A DNA stretch of 64,000 bases from Podarcis filfolensis (taxonomy: Eukaryota), in assembly GCA_964270895.1 (NCBI GenBank), contig OZ185436.1; one strand, 5' to 3'. The notes under the pieces were generated by a model. That model ran no database searches and had not been told where the DNA came from. It saw only the letters and a list, made by a program, of their open reading frames with translations. A program made the translations under genes and the position numbers. Each line of letters starts with the position of its first letter. Within the stretch, counting starts at the first letter, position 1. Positions 13,457 through 25,506 of this stretch are shown here, piece by piece.

Positions 13457-13974
13457 TGCTTCTATCTATTCTAGTCTATCTTTTTATAGTGCCTATAAAC
13501 CTTTAATCTTCTAAGGTGTTTTTTTTACCCCCCCCCCCCCCCTTAGCATTGGAATTAGAGTAGTTATAGCTGTTTGAGTAAAATGAATATGCTTACAGAA
13601 TAGTTTTGTATTGGTCCCATTTTACTGCTGCTACCAGATAAAACATATGGGGATCTGGATTCAGTCTTTGGAAAGCTACTTAGAAAAAACACAATGGTAA
13701 TTTAATATGTGCATGTCACTTAATACAAAGGCAGTCTCTAAGCAGCTTACAAAAAGATAACAAATGCAATGAAAAATGAAATACTAGAATACCAGACGAA
13801 ACATCAAAATCCCAAGAAAGTAAAAACACAGCACAATTTGAAAAATATATGATCCTCAGCTACCTGGAACTCCCCTCCTTCAATCATATGCTCCCCACTG
13901 TTCTCCTAGTGGTGCGGCAATAAAATTGCTAGCACATTTGCAAAGCTAAGCAGGGTCCTGTATGGTTCCATATT

Positions 13975-14050
13975 GGATGGGGAACCATGTATTGAGATAA
14001 TTGCATTGAAGGGGTCACTTGGAGTCCCTTCCAGCTTTACAATTCTATGC
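13975..14050 (+). mobile_element. Short CR1 3' tail
   Basis: ggagtcccttccagctttacaattctatg. Confidence 0.6.
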
Positions 14051-15719
14051 CACCATACTGTCTCCTGCCCACAGCCACCTGAATAGGAGCCATTCCTTTC
14101 CTCTTCACTCTTTCTCTTGTCAAGGCACATCCTGACTCTCCAGATGCAGCACTCGCCCTCCAACAGAAGCTGATGGTGTGCTGATGCACTGGCACTCATC
14201 TGACCTTGTGGCTTACCTGGAAGCAGAAGGGGAAGGGCAAGGTGGTGGTGAGGTAGTTGCAGTACAAATACACTGTCACTGATTGGCTTTGTCACTGGCT
14301 TTGTATTGCACCAGCCTCATGGCCTCCTCCTCTTCCTCTGCCTTCTGGTCAGCAGCAGCAACGTGATGGACTGTAGGACAGGCAAAACTGCTGCCCCACT
14401 GTTTCTATCTGCTACTGCCCATTAACACATCCACAGCATGCCCAGCTCTGTCTTACATGAACTTAGGTAAGCTCCTTGCACTCTTGGTACAGCCTTGATG
14501 AAACCAGAGGTGTAGGACTCCTGTGCCAAAGGAATCCATCTACACTAGGGAGGGAATCAGTGAAAGACCCCAGGTAGATTTCAGAGATTGGAGGCTGCCA
14601 AGTGAATTCTATCCCACCCATACTCCTCTGCACATAAAATAATTCAGGGCTGCCCAGTTGTGGGAGAGCTAATGGATCTCTCTTTCATTGTACATGTGCT
14701 AATATTATGGTGGATAAAATCCTGTTTAGTCTCTAATATATACATCTACCCTGTAGCTTGACATGGGAGGGAGGAGGGCAGGAAGAGCATGAAAACTACT
14801 CAAAGATGCTGACTCTGAGGACAGCAATACACATGTATTATAGCCAGCCAGTTCAGCTTAGCAGGAATCCTTTATAAAGAGCTGGTATCAACAGGTCTCC
14901 ACTGTTGTCAGACAAATTTGCTGGGTTTTTATTACCCAACACAACTGCATGGAGTGCTGCTTTAGAGTCACTAGAAACCCACAGAGCTTTGCTATAAATA
15001 TTGACATGCCCACGCAATTGCAATTCTGACTCATTTTTCACTCTCTCTCCTCTCTCTCTCTCGCCCCATCCTTGGCTTCACTTTCATGGGAACATTTCAG
15101 CTCTTACTCACCAATGGCTAAGAGTCACTGCTGCATTTGAATCTTGCTGTTTGGAGGAGGTTATTGCTTGACATGCCAGACTTTCTGATTTGCATGGCCT
15201 AATCAGACAGTCCTGTTAGGAGGTGGGGACTTTGGCATAATTTTGGTGTTATGTATTCTAGAGATAATACAGAATTGCCAGCCCAATGTCCTGAATGTCC
15301 CTTTCCTCCCTCAGGAGTGTGATGTTCTACCTGTAGCACCACCAGCTCACTGTGCCATGTGGGACTTGCCTTTCTGGCTGTCTCCTCACATCTTATATGA
15401 AGAGTTAAAGAAAGTAATCTCCATCTATGCCTTTTCCTGAATCTGAACTGGATAACACACTGCCATATATATGGAGCCAGCAAACAACAGCAGCAAATCA
15501 TGGGCCAGGAAATGCTCTTTCTCTTGAATGCCAGTCTCCTTGACAGGGTTTAAACTCAGTTTATTGGCCCTTATCCAGAATCACCTTTTTCCAGCTACAA
15601 ACTGTACTGTATCAGGGATAGGGGAATTCAATAGGAATTCAATTCAATTCCTGTATAGGGAATTCCCTATATAGGAAGCAGCATTGCCAATCCGGACCAA
15701 TCCAGCTCATTGTGGTCTG

Positions 15720-15949
15720 CAGAGGTCCTTCTCGGTATTGGCACCCACCCTGTGGTACGCCCTCCTATCAGATGTCAAGGAGATAAGTAACTATACAACC
15801 TTTAGAAGACACCTGAAGGCAGCCTTCTATAGGGAAGCTTTTAACGTTTAATGTTTTATTGTGCTGTTATACATTCTGTAAGCTGCCCAGAGTGGCTGGG
15901 GCAACCTAGTCAGATGGACAGGGTACAAATAATAAAATTATTATTATTA
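15720..15949 (+). mobile_element. L2 LINE 3' end with (TTA)n tail
   Basis: Same family as 6150; ends gctgcccagagtggctggggcaacctagtcagatggacagggtacaaataataaaattattattatt. Confidence 0.88.
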
Positions 15950-16021
15950 CACAACCAGCAGTAGCTCTCCAAGGCCTCAGGTACCCTATGTGGAGATGCC
16001 ACTGAGCTATGGCCCTTCCTC

Positions 16022-16662
16022 CTGTGGCAGAGCATATGCTTGCGCTATCATGGAAGGGTATGGGGCATGGAGGGCGCCCTCTTGTGCACCACAGTTCAGG
16101 GTAGGAGAGGGGTGGGGAAGCTGCTGCCCATTCTCCCCCTGCTCTCCACTATTGGGTCAGGCCTGAACCGGCAGCGGAGGCGAAGCTGCTGTGGCTGGAT
16201 GCACCTCACTGTGCCTGAGATAGGATGCTCTCTACCATTGGGGCAGATGTGACCCAGTGGCAGCTGGATGTGAGGCACCATGCAGCCAAGGGGGGTGGGC
16301 AACAGCATGGCAGGCGACTCTCCTGCTCTCCACTGTCGGGTCAGACCTGACCTGGCATTGGAGCTGCTGCAGCCAGGCCTGCCTTGCCATGGCTGAGGAG
16401 GGCTGCTCTCCACCGCTGGGTCAGAACAGCTGCTGCCACAGGGCGCGAGGTGTGCCATGGCCAAGGAGGGTGGATGGCAGCGCTCTTGCCCACTTGTCTG
16501 CCCAGGTCTGAACTGGGGGGGGGGGGTCAGAGCTGAACCAGCGCCGCAGCCAAGCCGTAGCTCCTTCTGGAGCAGAGCCTGCTTTGGGGATGCCTATTCG
16601 CAACCCCTCTCAAAATTGCGCCCAGGGCGTTGGTCCCCACGGACCCCCACACTACGCCTCTG
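16022..16662. mobile_element. GC-rich non-autonomous hAT element with four internal degenerate repeats
   Basis: Ends ctgtggcagagc / actacgcctctg resemble the CAGTGGCGTAGC TIR; 8-bp TSD ccttcctc/ccttccac (7/8); ctgctctccac..tgggtcag units at 16139, 16225, 16323 and 16403. Confidence 0.65.
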
Positions 16663-17709
16663 CCTTCCACTGAATGCCTCCTCCCACCCCCAGCACAACC
16701 ATTTGGGAAGACAGACAGAGAGTCTATGAATAGCAAATATGTATCAAGCACACATTTATTTCAGAAAGCCCCCTAGAGTTTTTTTCCTCTCTTTTGCAAG
16801 AGATAAAAGACAAAAGGCAGAGAAATCAAACCATAGCATGGCAGTAATTTGTTTTCTGCTTTCCCCCAGAGACTCTTTCTTCAGGTATTTAAATGGTGCC
16901 TTTTGGTGCTCAAGGCTGTGGATGCAGTATCTTTCAGATGTGAAAAATTTCACTTTCAAAATGTAAAACTATGCTGGGGAAAATGTATTCTGTTTGCATA
17001 TGTTGTTTTCTTGTTACTGATGGAGACTGTGAGAAGAAAAAAAGAATACAAAGCAAAAACCCTTCGTGTAATTTATTTTTTCATACAAAGCCACATTTCA
17101 ATGGAACTTAATCACCACCTTATGCATTTAGGGTGGGTATAAACTTTATATTTTCTGTGTTTGGTCTTATTATATATAAAAATATATTTGAAAAGCAACA
17201 TAGTTCACTGTTTATTAGCCATGTGTAACTATAACTGAGCTTTATATTTTCTAGTTTTGCTTGTGTACATATAATTTATTCTCCAACAGACACGCTTATT
17301 TTTGCTCCACTGAAATCACCAGGTGCATGAATTTACTATTGTGTTGCTGCATTATTCTAGTCAGGACAAGGGGTGCAAAGTTATTTGCTACAGTATTGAT
17401 GTAGCAACCATTCATTTCATATGAAAATTACAGAAATCACTGTAGAAAATACAGAGATGAAAAACCAAGGGTTGATTCCCCCTTCCCCACATTTATAACA
17501 GTTGTGAGTGGACTCAGGAAAATTGCTTTGGCTGTTATGACTTGCAGGGGGAAGCGAAAGCCAAAGTGACTCTCTTGATTTAAGGATATTTCAAAGGTGG
17601 GAGTTCTTGCACCACACCACGGAGATACAGTATGTGTATAGTTCTGCTTCAGAAAAAGTCCAAAAAGAGGAAGCACGAGTTACTTGTACATCTCATTTCT
17701 CACACAATT

Positions 17710-17975
17710 TAGGGCACATTCACAGCAAACATTTAAAGCACTTTGATACCACTTTAAGCAGCCATGGCCTCCCCCAAAGAATTGTGGGAACTGTTGTTTG
17801 TTAAGGGTGTTGAGAGTTGTTAGGAGACCACTATTCCCCTCACAGATCTATAATTTCCTGAGTGGTTTAATGGACTATCCATCTTCACAGGGGACTCTGA
17901 GCTGTAGGTCTGTGCGGGAAACAGGGGTCTCCTAACAGCGCTTAGCACTCGTATCAAACTACAGCTCCTGGAACC
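17710..17975. mobile_element. Palindromic MITE-like repeat
   Basis: Inverted arms gaactgttgtttgttaagggtgttgagagttgttaggagacc versus ggtctcctaacagcgcttagcactcgtatcaaactacagctcc. Confidence 0.6.
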
Positions 17976-18322
17976 GTGCTGTTTACCTCAGGGGGCAATT
18001 CATCAGATAAACTACCCACAAAGCATATAGAAGCAAGGGCAACTTGTGCATGAACTGCTTTTCCCAAGGCATTTACTATCCGCTATGCCTTGCTTCGAAA
18101 CAGCTGGGTACACATGCACTGAGCTGAAAGTATGAAACATATGCATATCAGTCAAAATGGCATCCTGCCTTTTGGTGGGGGTTGGTTTGCCTCCCTCTTG
18201 GGGGAAAGGAGACTTGAGTTGGTCTCTGGGTTGATCTAGGGCCATGTAGGTCTGTGGACCTTCCTATTTAAGGTTGCCCCACCCCCTCTTTTCCCTTTGC
18301 AGCATCCTCCCTCCCTTTATAG

Positions 18323-18453
18323 CAGACTTTCTCAACCACGGGTCCCCAGATGTTGTTGGACTACAACTCCCATCATTCCTAGCCTGCATGGGCAGTGGTC
18401 AGGGGTGATGAGAGTTGTAGTTCAATAACATCTGGGGACCAAAGGTTGCACTG
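18323..18453. mobile_element. hAT hairpin MITE (gactacaactcccatc family)
   Basis: Internal hairpin ggactacaactcccatca...tgatgagagttgtagttc as in 57054 and 60236; TSD not preserved. Confidence 0.75.
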
Positions 18454-19580
18454 TAATGTGGCCATTGGCTACCTGCATTTGGTACTTGGGGCTTCTTATT
18501 TCCACACTGTAGAGCATCTTGGGTCGATGTGGTATTATTTGAATGTTTGGCATTCAGTGTAGACAGGTAAGAAAAGGTAAGATCTGACTTTTATGCCACC
18601 CTGAGGCGTTATGGGGATGGGGGGCACTGTTATCACCGAGAGTTGGTGACTTGTGAAGTTCTTAGATGTTCTCTTGGGGCCACAGTGAATGTTGGACAGT
18701 GGCGTACAGGTAGACAGGTTGGCATTCATATACACAAATAGGAACAGTTTCTCTCTATGCATGTCTGCAGAGCACGTAACCCGTTTACATGCCGATGGGT
18801 GAGGGATGATTCCCTCATATAAAAGCATGGATGCCCACACTTATTTGTTTGCTAATTGGCAGATCCTCTAATTGGTTATATTTTAATATGCATAACCTTT
18901 CCCCCACATAATAAGGTGTCTTGAGTCTTCTTTCTGAAAGTGAGGGAAATAAGTGTTTACCTGCTCACCTAGTATGAAAACAGCTGTTGCTGTGTTTGTT
19001 AATTAATTGCTGCTAGAGCTAATCCATCATTAAAAGTTATTGCCAAATCCATCAATACAATTTGTCCCAGGCCTTCATTTCAACCACTGGCTACAAAAGC
19101 AACAAGACTTGATTTTAGTAATTGTTTAATTTGTTACTTCACAGATACAAAGCCATTCCATCTAATAATGAAATAGCCCCATCAAATCAATCAATCAGAG
19201 CAGAACTGAAGTTGTGGGGTTGTACACCTGACAGCAGACCAAATGGCACTTAGTAAATTCAATCTTACATGCAAATTCTTGAAGGGGTGAAATTACTTTT
19301 CAAGACGGACGGTTATTAGTATGGCGGGTTGTAGGTGTATCGCATTACAATTTGATCTGTCTTGGGATTGCCCAGTAGAGGGAGATTGGGGGAATCAGAT
19401 TCAGTGTTTCTTAAGGGTGAATCATCACCAGAGATAAGGGTGTACCACTCAGGGGCAGGCAAGATGAAGTACATGTGACTTAAGAATATATAAAGAAAAC
19501 ACAAAGCACAAAACAAAAGAAAGCAGAGAAGTAAACCTCAACATTACTAAGGTAAGTAGGTGTCGTAAGTCCTGTGTAGG

Positions 19581-19831
19581 TGTCATGGTCAGGCCCTGAG
19601 AAGGAGTGGGAGTGCTTTGGGGAGTTAGAGCAGAAGGTTATTGGGGAGGGGTCCGAATGAGGTGGTGGTAGCAGATTCAGACCCCAAGAGATATTCGATT
19701 CTGGGGATAGTTCCAGTGGGTTAAGGACTGGAGATCTGGCCACTGAAGAAGACTCAGACAAACTGTCAGAAATACCTCCCTTACCTAAATGCCTCACCTA
19801 GCTTATCCAGTCTAGAAGCTGCCTCTGACAC
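19581..19831 (+). mobile_element. Possible LTR remnant (Gypsy-like)
   Basis: TGTCA...TGACA ends and a purine-rich interior like 48115; no matching TSD. Confidence 0.35.
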
Positions 19832-21160
19832 CTTCTGCTGCTACACAGGAACCTCACCCATTCAGGGGAAGCAGCTGAAAGTAAAGGATGGGAAATGCAA
19901 GGTAACAAGACAGCAAAAAGAGGGGAGATTGGGAGAGGAAAGTATAATAAAAAACTATAATAATAATGGATCAACCTACCAAAAAAGGTTATGAGGATAC
20001 AATGTGGGGAGGCATGTATGTCACCCTGAGCTCCTTGGAGGAAGAGCAATATCAAATATCCTAAATAATAATAGAAATGAGCAAGCGCCATTTAAAATAG
20101 TCATCTTGACACAGCACCATTGCAACAGTACTGCTGGCACTGAAAGTTAATGACTAAAAATGGTGGCAGAATGGACGTGGGCTGGGTTTGTCAGACCCCA
20201 CAGCATCTGATCCTGGTCTGTGTTAGAGAGATGTACATCTTGGCTAACTCTGCTTAGAGCAGAAATGAATAATGATTCTAAAATACATTGATCAAATCAA
20301 AGCCATTCTTTTCTTGAATGAAGTTTCACATCTGCACCAACGGAATGACTGCAATTTGTTCAGTTTCAGATTTGCCTTGAAAATTTGCCATTCTCTAGTC
20401 ATACTTCTTCACAATTAGTGTCAAAAATTAGCAGTATCTTTGCTTAAGGGACATAAACTCAATTTCATACAATTAGAACAGCACCAAAGCTCTCTTCAAC
20501 CCCCTCCCTCAAGTAAATGCTTTTGAAATGCTTCAGGCTTTTGTCATGGCATCAGGATGCAAGAATACAAATAAGTTATTGTAGGGAATCTTGATTAAAG
20601 CCAAATGCCATCAATTATTTATCTTTTGCCCAAATCCTGTCCTTAAATACTTGGCGATGCTTTTGTGTTTCTGGTGACTGTGATTAAAATTCGCTATAGT
20701 GATGCCTGAAAGAGCTTGATGCATTCATTTTAAAGCTCAGTGACATATTTTTGATCACAAATAACAAAGGTCTCACAAAGGAATCGTGTGCATTTGGAGG
20801 GTGTTAATTGCTCTTCATCAATCTCTCTCCTTTTTTTTACGCTCTATTGTCTCCCTGTGAAATGTGCATCGGTGCAAACAGGCAAGCACAAAGAGAGAAA
20901 CTGCACCACTTCTAAATTTTCTTTCTGGGTAAATGATGTGGCGAGTCTGGCTTGAGCTCACACATTTGGCCAAGACTTTTCAAATCCAGACGCGAGAACT
21001 ACAGTGGACCTTGTGTTACTCCAGCAATGAAGGGTGTGTGTGTGGATACCACATAGTAGGAGGCAGGCAGAGATAGCGGGAGGACTAGAAGGAGCAACAT
21101 CTTACTGACTTCCCATGAAACCTCTGCTGGATTCCACCAGCTAGCAGCCATATCATCTAC

Positions 21161-21335
21161 ACTCCACCTGAAGGAACAGGTTCATTGTCTGGCAGTGCTC
21201 CTGGATTCCAACTTCTCACCAGAGTCTCAGATGGTTTCTGTGGCTAGGAGTGCTTAGGCTGATTCAGCAGTTATAGCAGTCCCTCAGTTGGGATAGCCTG
21301 GCCTCAGTTGTCCATGGTCTGGTGAACTCTCACCT
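21161..21335 (+). mobile_element. L2 reverse-transcriptase-region fragment
   Basis: Translates LHLKEQVHCLAVLLDSNFSPESQMVSVARSA*, resembling the L2 ORF2 motif (V..LGV.LD..L....Q...V.R.A); broken by a stop and frameshift. Confidence 0.75.
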
Positions 21336-22434
21336 GGTTTTGATTTTAGTCATTATTAGACAGAGTGGCTGTATATATTTGAAGTTAATTAAAAGTGAGC
21401 CTTAATGGCGCTAAGGTAAGTAGAATAATTCAATCAGAGCCTAGCACTACCGAATTGGATCCTCTGTTCCACTAAAAACAGGAGAAAAGAGTCAGTGTTT
21501 CTCATCCAGCCCTTTTGGAGATGGGCACAACACTGTGGTTGGTTGTGGCAGATATTCGAACAGTGTAGGCTGGGCATGTGGAAGGGAAGAGGGATGACCC
21601 TCCCACTTACTTGTGTTCCATGTGCCGACTGTGCCTTGAAGCACGGACCTCATGCCTGTATACTAGGGACTGTGCACAGAACCTCCAAACTGTCCTGTGG
21701 CTCCAGATTGTGGCCCCACATGCAGAGAAGCCCCTTGAGCAGGAGGAGCAGCCAGCACCCCACAAGTTTGCGTCCTCTGCTAGTAGGCGTGGTGCTCTTT
21801 CATGGGCAGGGTATTGGAAGGAGAAGCCAGGGAGGAAAGCCCACAGCCTGTATCCAAGCCCAAAGCCCTGCCAAAGGCACAATCCACTCCTATCTTCTCC
21901 CAGAAAGTTGCAGCTGGTAAGACACCTCCAACTTTTTTGAGATCTCCCAGATAGGACTTACCCCTCCAAGACTGCCATTTTAGGGGGGGGGGTGCTATGG
22001 CCTACTGACTCTATGTTGGGCATCTAGAAAGCACCTCCCCTGGACTCCTTTAACGGAGTATCCCCGATTCCCTGAAGCAGGGAGGTGGACAGGCTCCCAA
22101 CCCTGCCCCTGCCTAGACTAAAGGCTGAATCCAATGCATTATCTGCCAACAAGTTGTGACAATTGCTATGAGGTAGGCAAAACTCTCAATTTGCCTGCCG
22201 TCAAATTCCTCCCTGGCTCCAAATATGACAACTGAATATTTCCATAGCAAGGTCATACACAGAATCTGCCTGCCCACCTGCGGGCAGGGCCATATGCTAC
22301 ATTGGATGGGAGGGTGGGGAATTCAGTTTTGACAGAGCCGGCAAGTCCCATCGAGGCATCTTTATAAGCCCAGTGAAGACCAAGTGCTGAAGTCTTCACT
22401 CAGGTCCACCACAAAGACCTGCCCAGCCCCTGTG

Positions 22435-22524
22435 TGCCTGTGATAGGTTTGTTCAAATGCAGCTTGCCTGTGATAGGTCTGTTCAAATGCAGCTTGATTG
22501 TGATAAGTCTGTTTGAATACAAGT
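22435..22524. repeat. 30-bp minisatellite x3
   Basis: tgcctgtgataggtttgttcaaatgcagct / tgcctgtgataggtctgttcaaatgcagct / tgattgtgataagtctgtttgaatacaagt. Confidence 0.9.
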
Positions 22525-22656
22525 CTCCCAGCAACCTACATGGCCAGAGCAGGATGGAGTGTTGTGTCCCAATGGTTGTGCAGGGCTGGAAGTTCATCCC
22601 GAGCTCAGACAGCGGTTGTGCAAAGCCTCAATAGTCACTTGCCATCATATGAAGGA

Positions 22657-23007
22657 GGGATGTGGGTGGTGCTGTGGGTTAAACCACAGAGCCTAGGACT
22701 TGCCGATCAGAAGGTCGGTGGTTCAAATCCCCGCGACAGGGTGAGCTCCCGTTGCTCGGTCCTTGCTCCTGCCAACCTAGCAGTTCGAAAGCACGTCAAA
22801 GTGCAAGTAGATAAATAGGTACCGCTCCGGTGGGAAGGTAAACGGCGTTTCTGTGCGCTGCTCTGGTTCGCCAGAAGCGGCTTAGTCATGCTGGCCACAT
22901 GACCTGGAAGCTGTACGCCGGCTCCATTGGCCAATAAAGCGAAATGAGTGCCGCAACCCCAGAGTCGGTCACGACTGGACCTAATGGTCAGGGGTCCCTT
23001 TACCTTT
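22657..23007 (+). mobile_element. Full-length Sauria (Squam1) SINE
   Basis: tRNA-like head with A box tggtgctgtgg and B box ggttcaaatcc, characteristic body, (ACCTTT)-type tail; 9-bp TSD ATATGAAGG at 22647-22655 and 23012-23020. Confidence 0.95.
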
Positions 23008-24500
23008 TATTATATGAAGGTAAGAGGTCCTTTTGCCTTGGAAAGTGTTTTGGTTTGTCAGATGAACTTATTCCCCCTCTCTTCTCCCTGTATGCTGTTC
23101 TGCAGGTTCTTCAGACTGCTCCCCCCATGCCCAGGGATAATTTTGGGGTCACAGTGGGAATAGAGGGTGGAAAGCCCCATTGCACAAACAAAATTCCTTG
23201 TACAAGGCTTCCCCTGATGAGACTCATTTGTTGAATTCTGTCCCTAGTCTTTGGATACAGTGCCCAAATTGGCTCTTGGAAAACATGAGGACCATGGTTT
23301 TGGATTATGGAGTGCGTATGAATTGGGATGAGGTGATACAGCATCTATACGGTTCTGCCTTCTTGCTTAGCCTCAGTGGCAGACTATGAACAAATGGACC
23401 ATATCCCCCTCCTCTCCTCAATAACTTTGCAAAATATATTTTGGAATACAGCTTGCTTGCTGCAAAATTGTCCGAAGCTGAAGTTTTGGAGCTTTGGCTA
23501 AACAGAAATATTTTGAAGCAGAAAGTTAGGTTCTGTTCAAGTGTTAGCACTTTAGTTAGCTTTTTCTGGCTGAATATACTTTTAAGCCTTTCCGGTTCCC
23601 CCACTTACAAGCTGCTAACAACCATTTAATGCCTGAGCAGCTTTGATGTTCTGTTAAACTCTGATAATATGTGTCCACATTCACCCACCTTCGTTTCAGT
23701 ACGTTCAGTCTTTTCCAATCCCTTAGGCTTGTTCGCTGGCTGAGTGCGCCAACAACTTTGCCACTTTGATGCCTCTCTTTGAACATAAAATATATATTTG
23801 CTTGAGCATTCACTAGACTGCAAGGAAGGATGGGGAAATTCTCTTTCTAAAAAAAACATAACAATCTTGAATTCTCTATATAGATTGAATGAGCTCAGAA
23901 AAGCAGACTGAACTAAATTTAGGCAGGAAGGTCTTAAAACACAGAGGCAGGGCAACTGGGACTATGGAGTGAACTAACCACAAAATTTTGGGAGCAGAGG
24001 CACTTTCACAGACAGAGAGGCTTCAGCTTAGATAAAATTAATACAATAAAAATGCACAGCCTGGTTGACTTGCTGGATGTTCTCTGTGTACTGATCCTTG
24101 AACATGGGGGAGATATTAACATGCTTGGAGACACCCCAACGTTTGCAGAAGCACAACAGCCCAAAATAACCCATTGAGGACTGAGCACGCTCAGTTGTCA
24201 CATAATGCTGACTGCCTGTTGGATAAAAATTGAGAGGGGAGGGAATAGAAAGGAGTATCCTGGAAGAGGATGTGGCTGGTGGGCTGGAACCCACATGGCA
24301 ACATTTTGTTGCAGGTTCCATTGTAGGTAGGCTGTGTTGAGGTGGACAGTGCTGGCTCCTGATTTTTGAGGGTCCTTGAATAAGACACTACTTGTGCCCC
24401 CCTCCCACATACTTAGGGAGTGTACCTCCTCACTGAAGCCTTTAAAAATAGCAGATTACTGTAATGTGGAACCAGGATGGAATAGATTTCTGAATGAATA

Positions 24501-24742
24501 CAGTGGTACCTCCGGTTAAGTACTTAATTTGTTCCGGAGGTCCGTTCTTAACCTGAAACTGTTCTTAACCTGAAGCACCACTTTAGCTAATGGGGCCTCC
24601 TGCTGCCGCTGCACCGCCGGAGCACTATTTCTGTTCTCATCCTGAAGCAAAGTTCTTAACCTGAAGCACTATTTCTGGGTTAGCGGAGTGTGTAACCTGA
24701 AGCGAATGTAACCTGAAGTGTATGTAACCCGAGGTACCACTG
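24501..24742 (-). mobile_element. Tc1/mariner MITE, 242 bp, inverted copy of 6555-6796
   Basis: Same TIRs and TA flanks; 14 mismatches to the 6555 copy by manual alignment (~94%), mostly at CpG. Confidence 0.93.
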
Positions 24743-25506
24743 TACATGCAAAATTTACATTGGCTGGAAACAGAATCCCTTCTTGAGAGGACACTGTCCT
24801 ATAAAGCATTGTAAAACTATTTAAATAAATAAGTAAATAAAAGCTTTGTGTTCCTCCTAATTAACTGCAGCCAGTGGTATGGGATATTTTTCATCCATGC
24901 TCACGCCACCTCCTTTTTTCTTGTATTCTCATGGTGCATTTCCCCATTTATTTCCTATGGAATAGAAAATACTCTACCTATCTTGTATACAGCAGTGGGT
25001 GGAAATAGTCTTGACAATGTTCTGTGTGAGCTCTTTTGTGGCTGCTTTCTTTACATTGCAAGGCCAGCTTCATTGCCTTTTGTATGGTGAGCACAGGGAT
25101 TTTCATAATATTATGTCTTTAGGGATTGTAATTTCACAGCTGAAATACATAACTGTAAAATCCAGGGCTAAGTGGAAGCTAATAAACCATCTCTGTTAGC
25201 ATCACCAGGTTTTTAATTCTTCAGTGCAAACATTTGTACATTATTTAGAAGGAGTGGGAGGAATAGGCTGATTCATTATCCACTTCAGCTGAAGGTGCCG
25301 TGGAAGTTCTTTTAAAAGGCAACAGATTCAGCACTGGCGATGCAAGTGAAAGTCTGTTTTCAAAGCATTGCTGAGAGGATGCTAGACTTGAATCAATCAG
25401 AACTTTTAGTCAGATTGAAACTTAGTCCCATCATTTAATGCTTAAAGCCAAGGAGTGGCAGCATTGTAATTTCCTCAATTTAATACACACAAAGAGAGGA
25501 AATCAT

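Noticed and set aside
16040-16751. Cluster of GC-rich ORFs suggesting a CpG island or gene
   Set aside because: It lies inside a TIR/TSD-bounded hAT element; high GC makes stops rare.
22657-22760. tRNA-like A/B boxes (also at 7077, 43813 and 51250)
   Set aside because: These are SINE heads without a complete cloverleaf, not tRNA genes.
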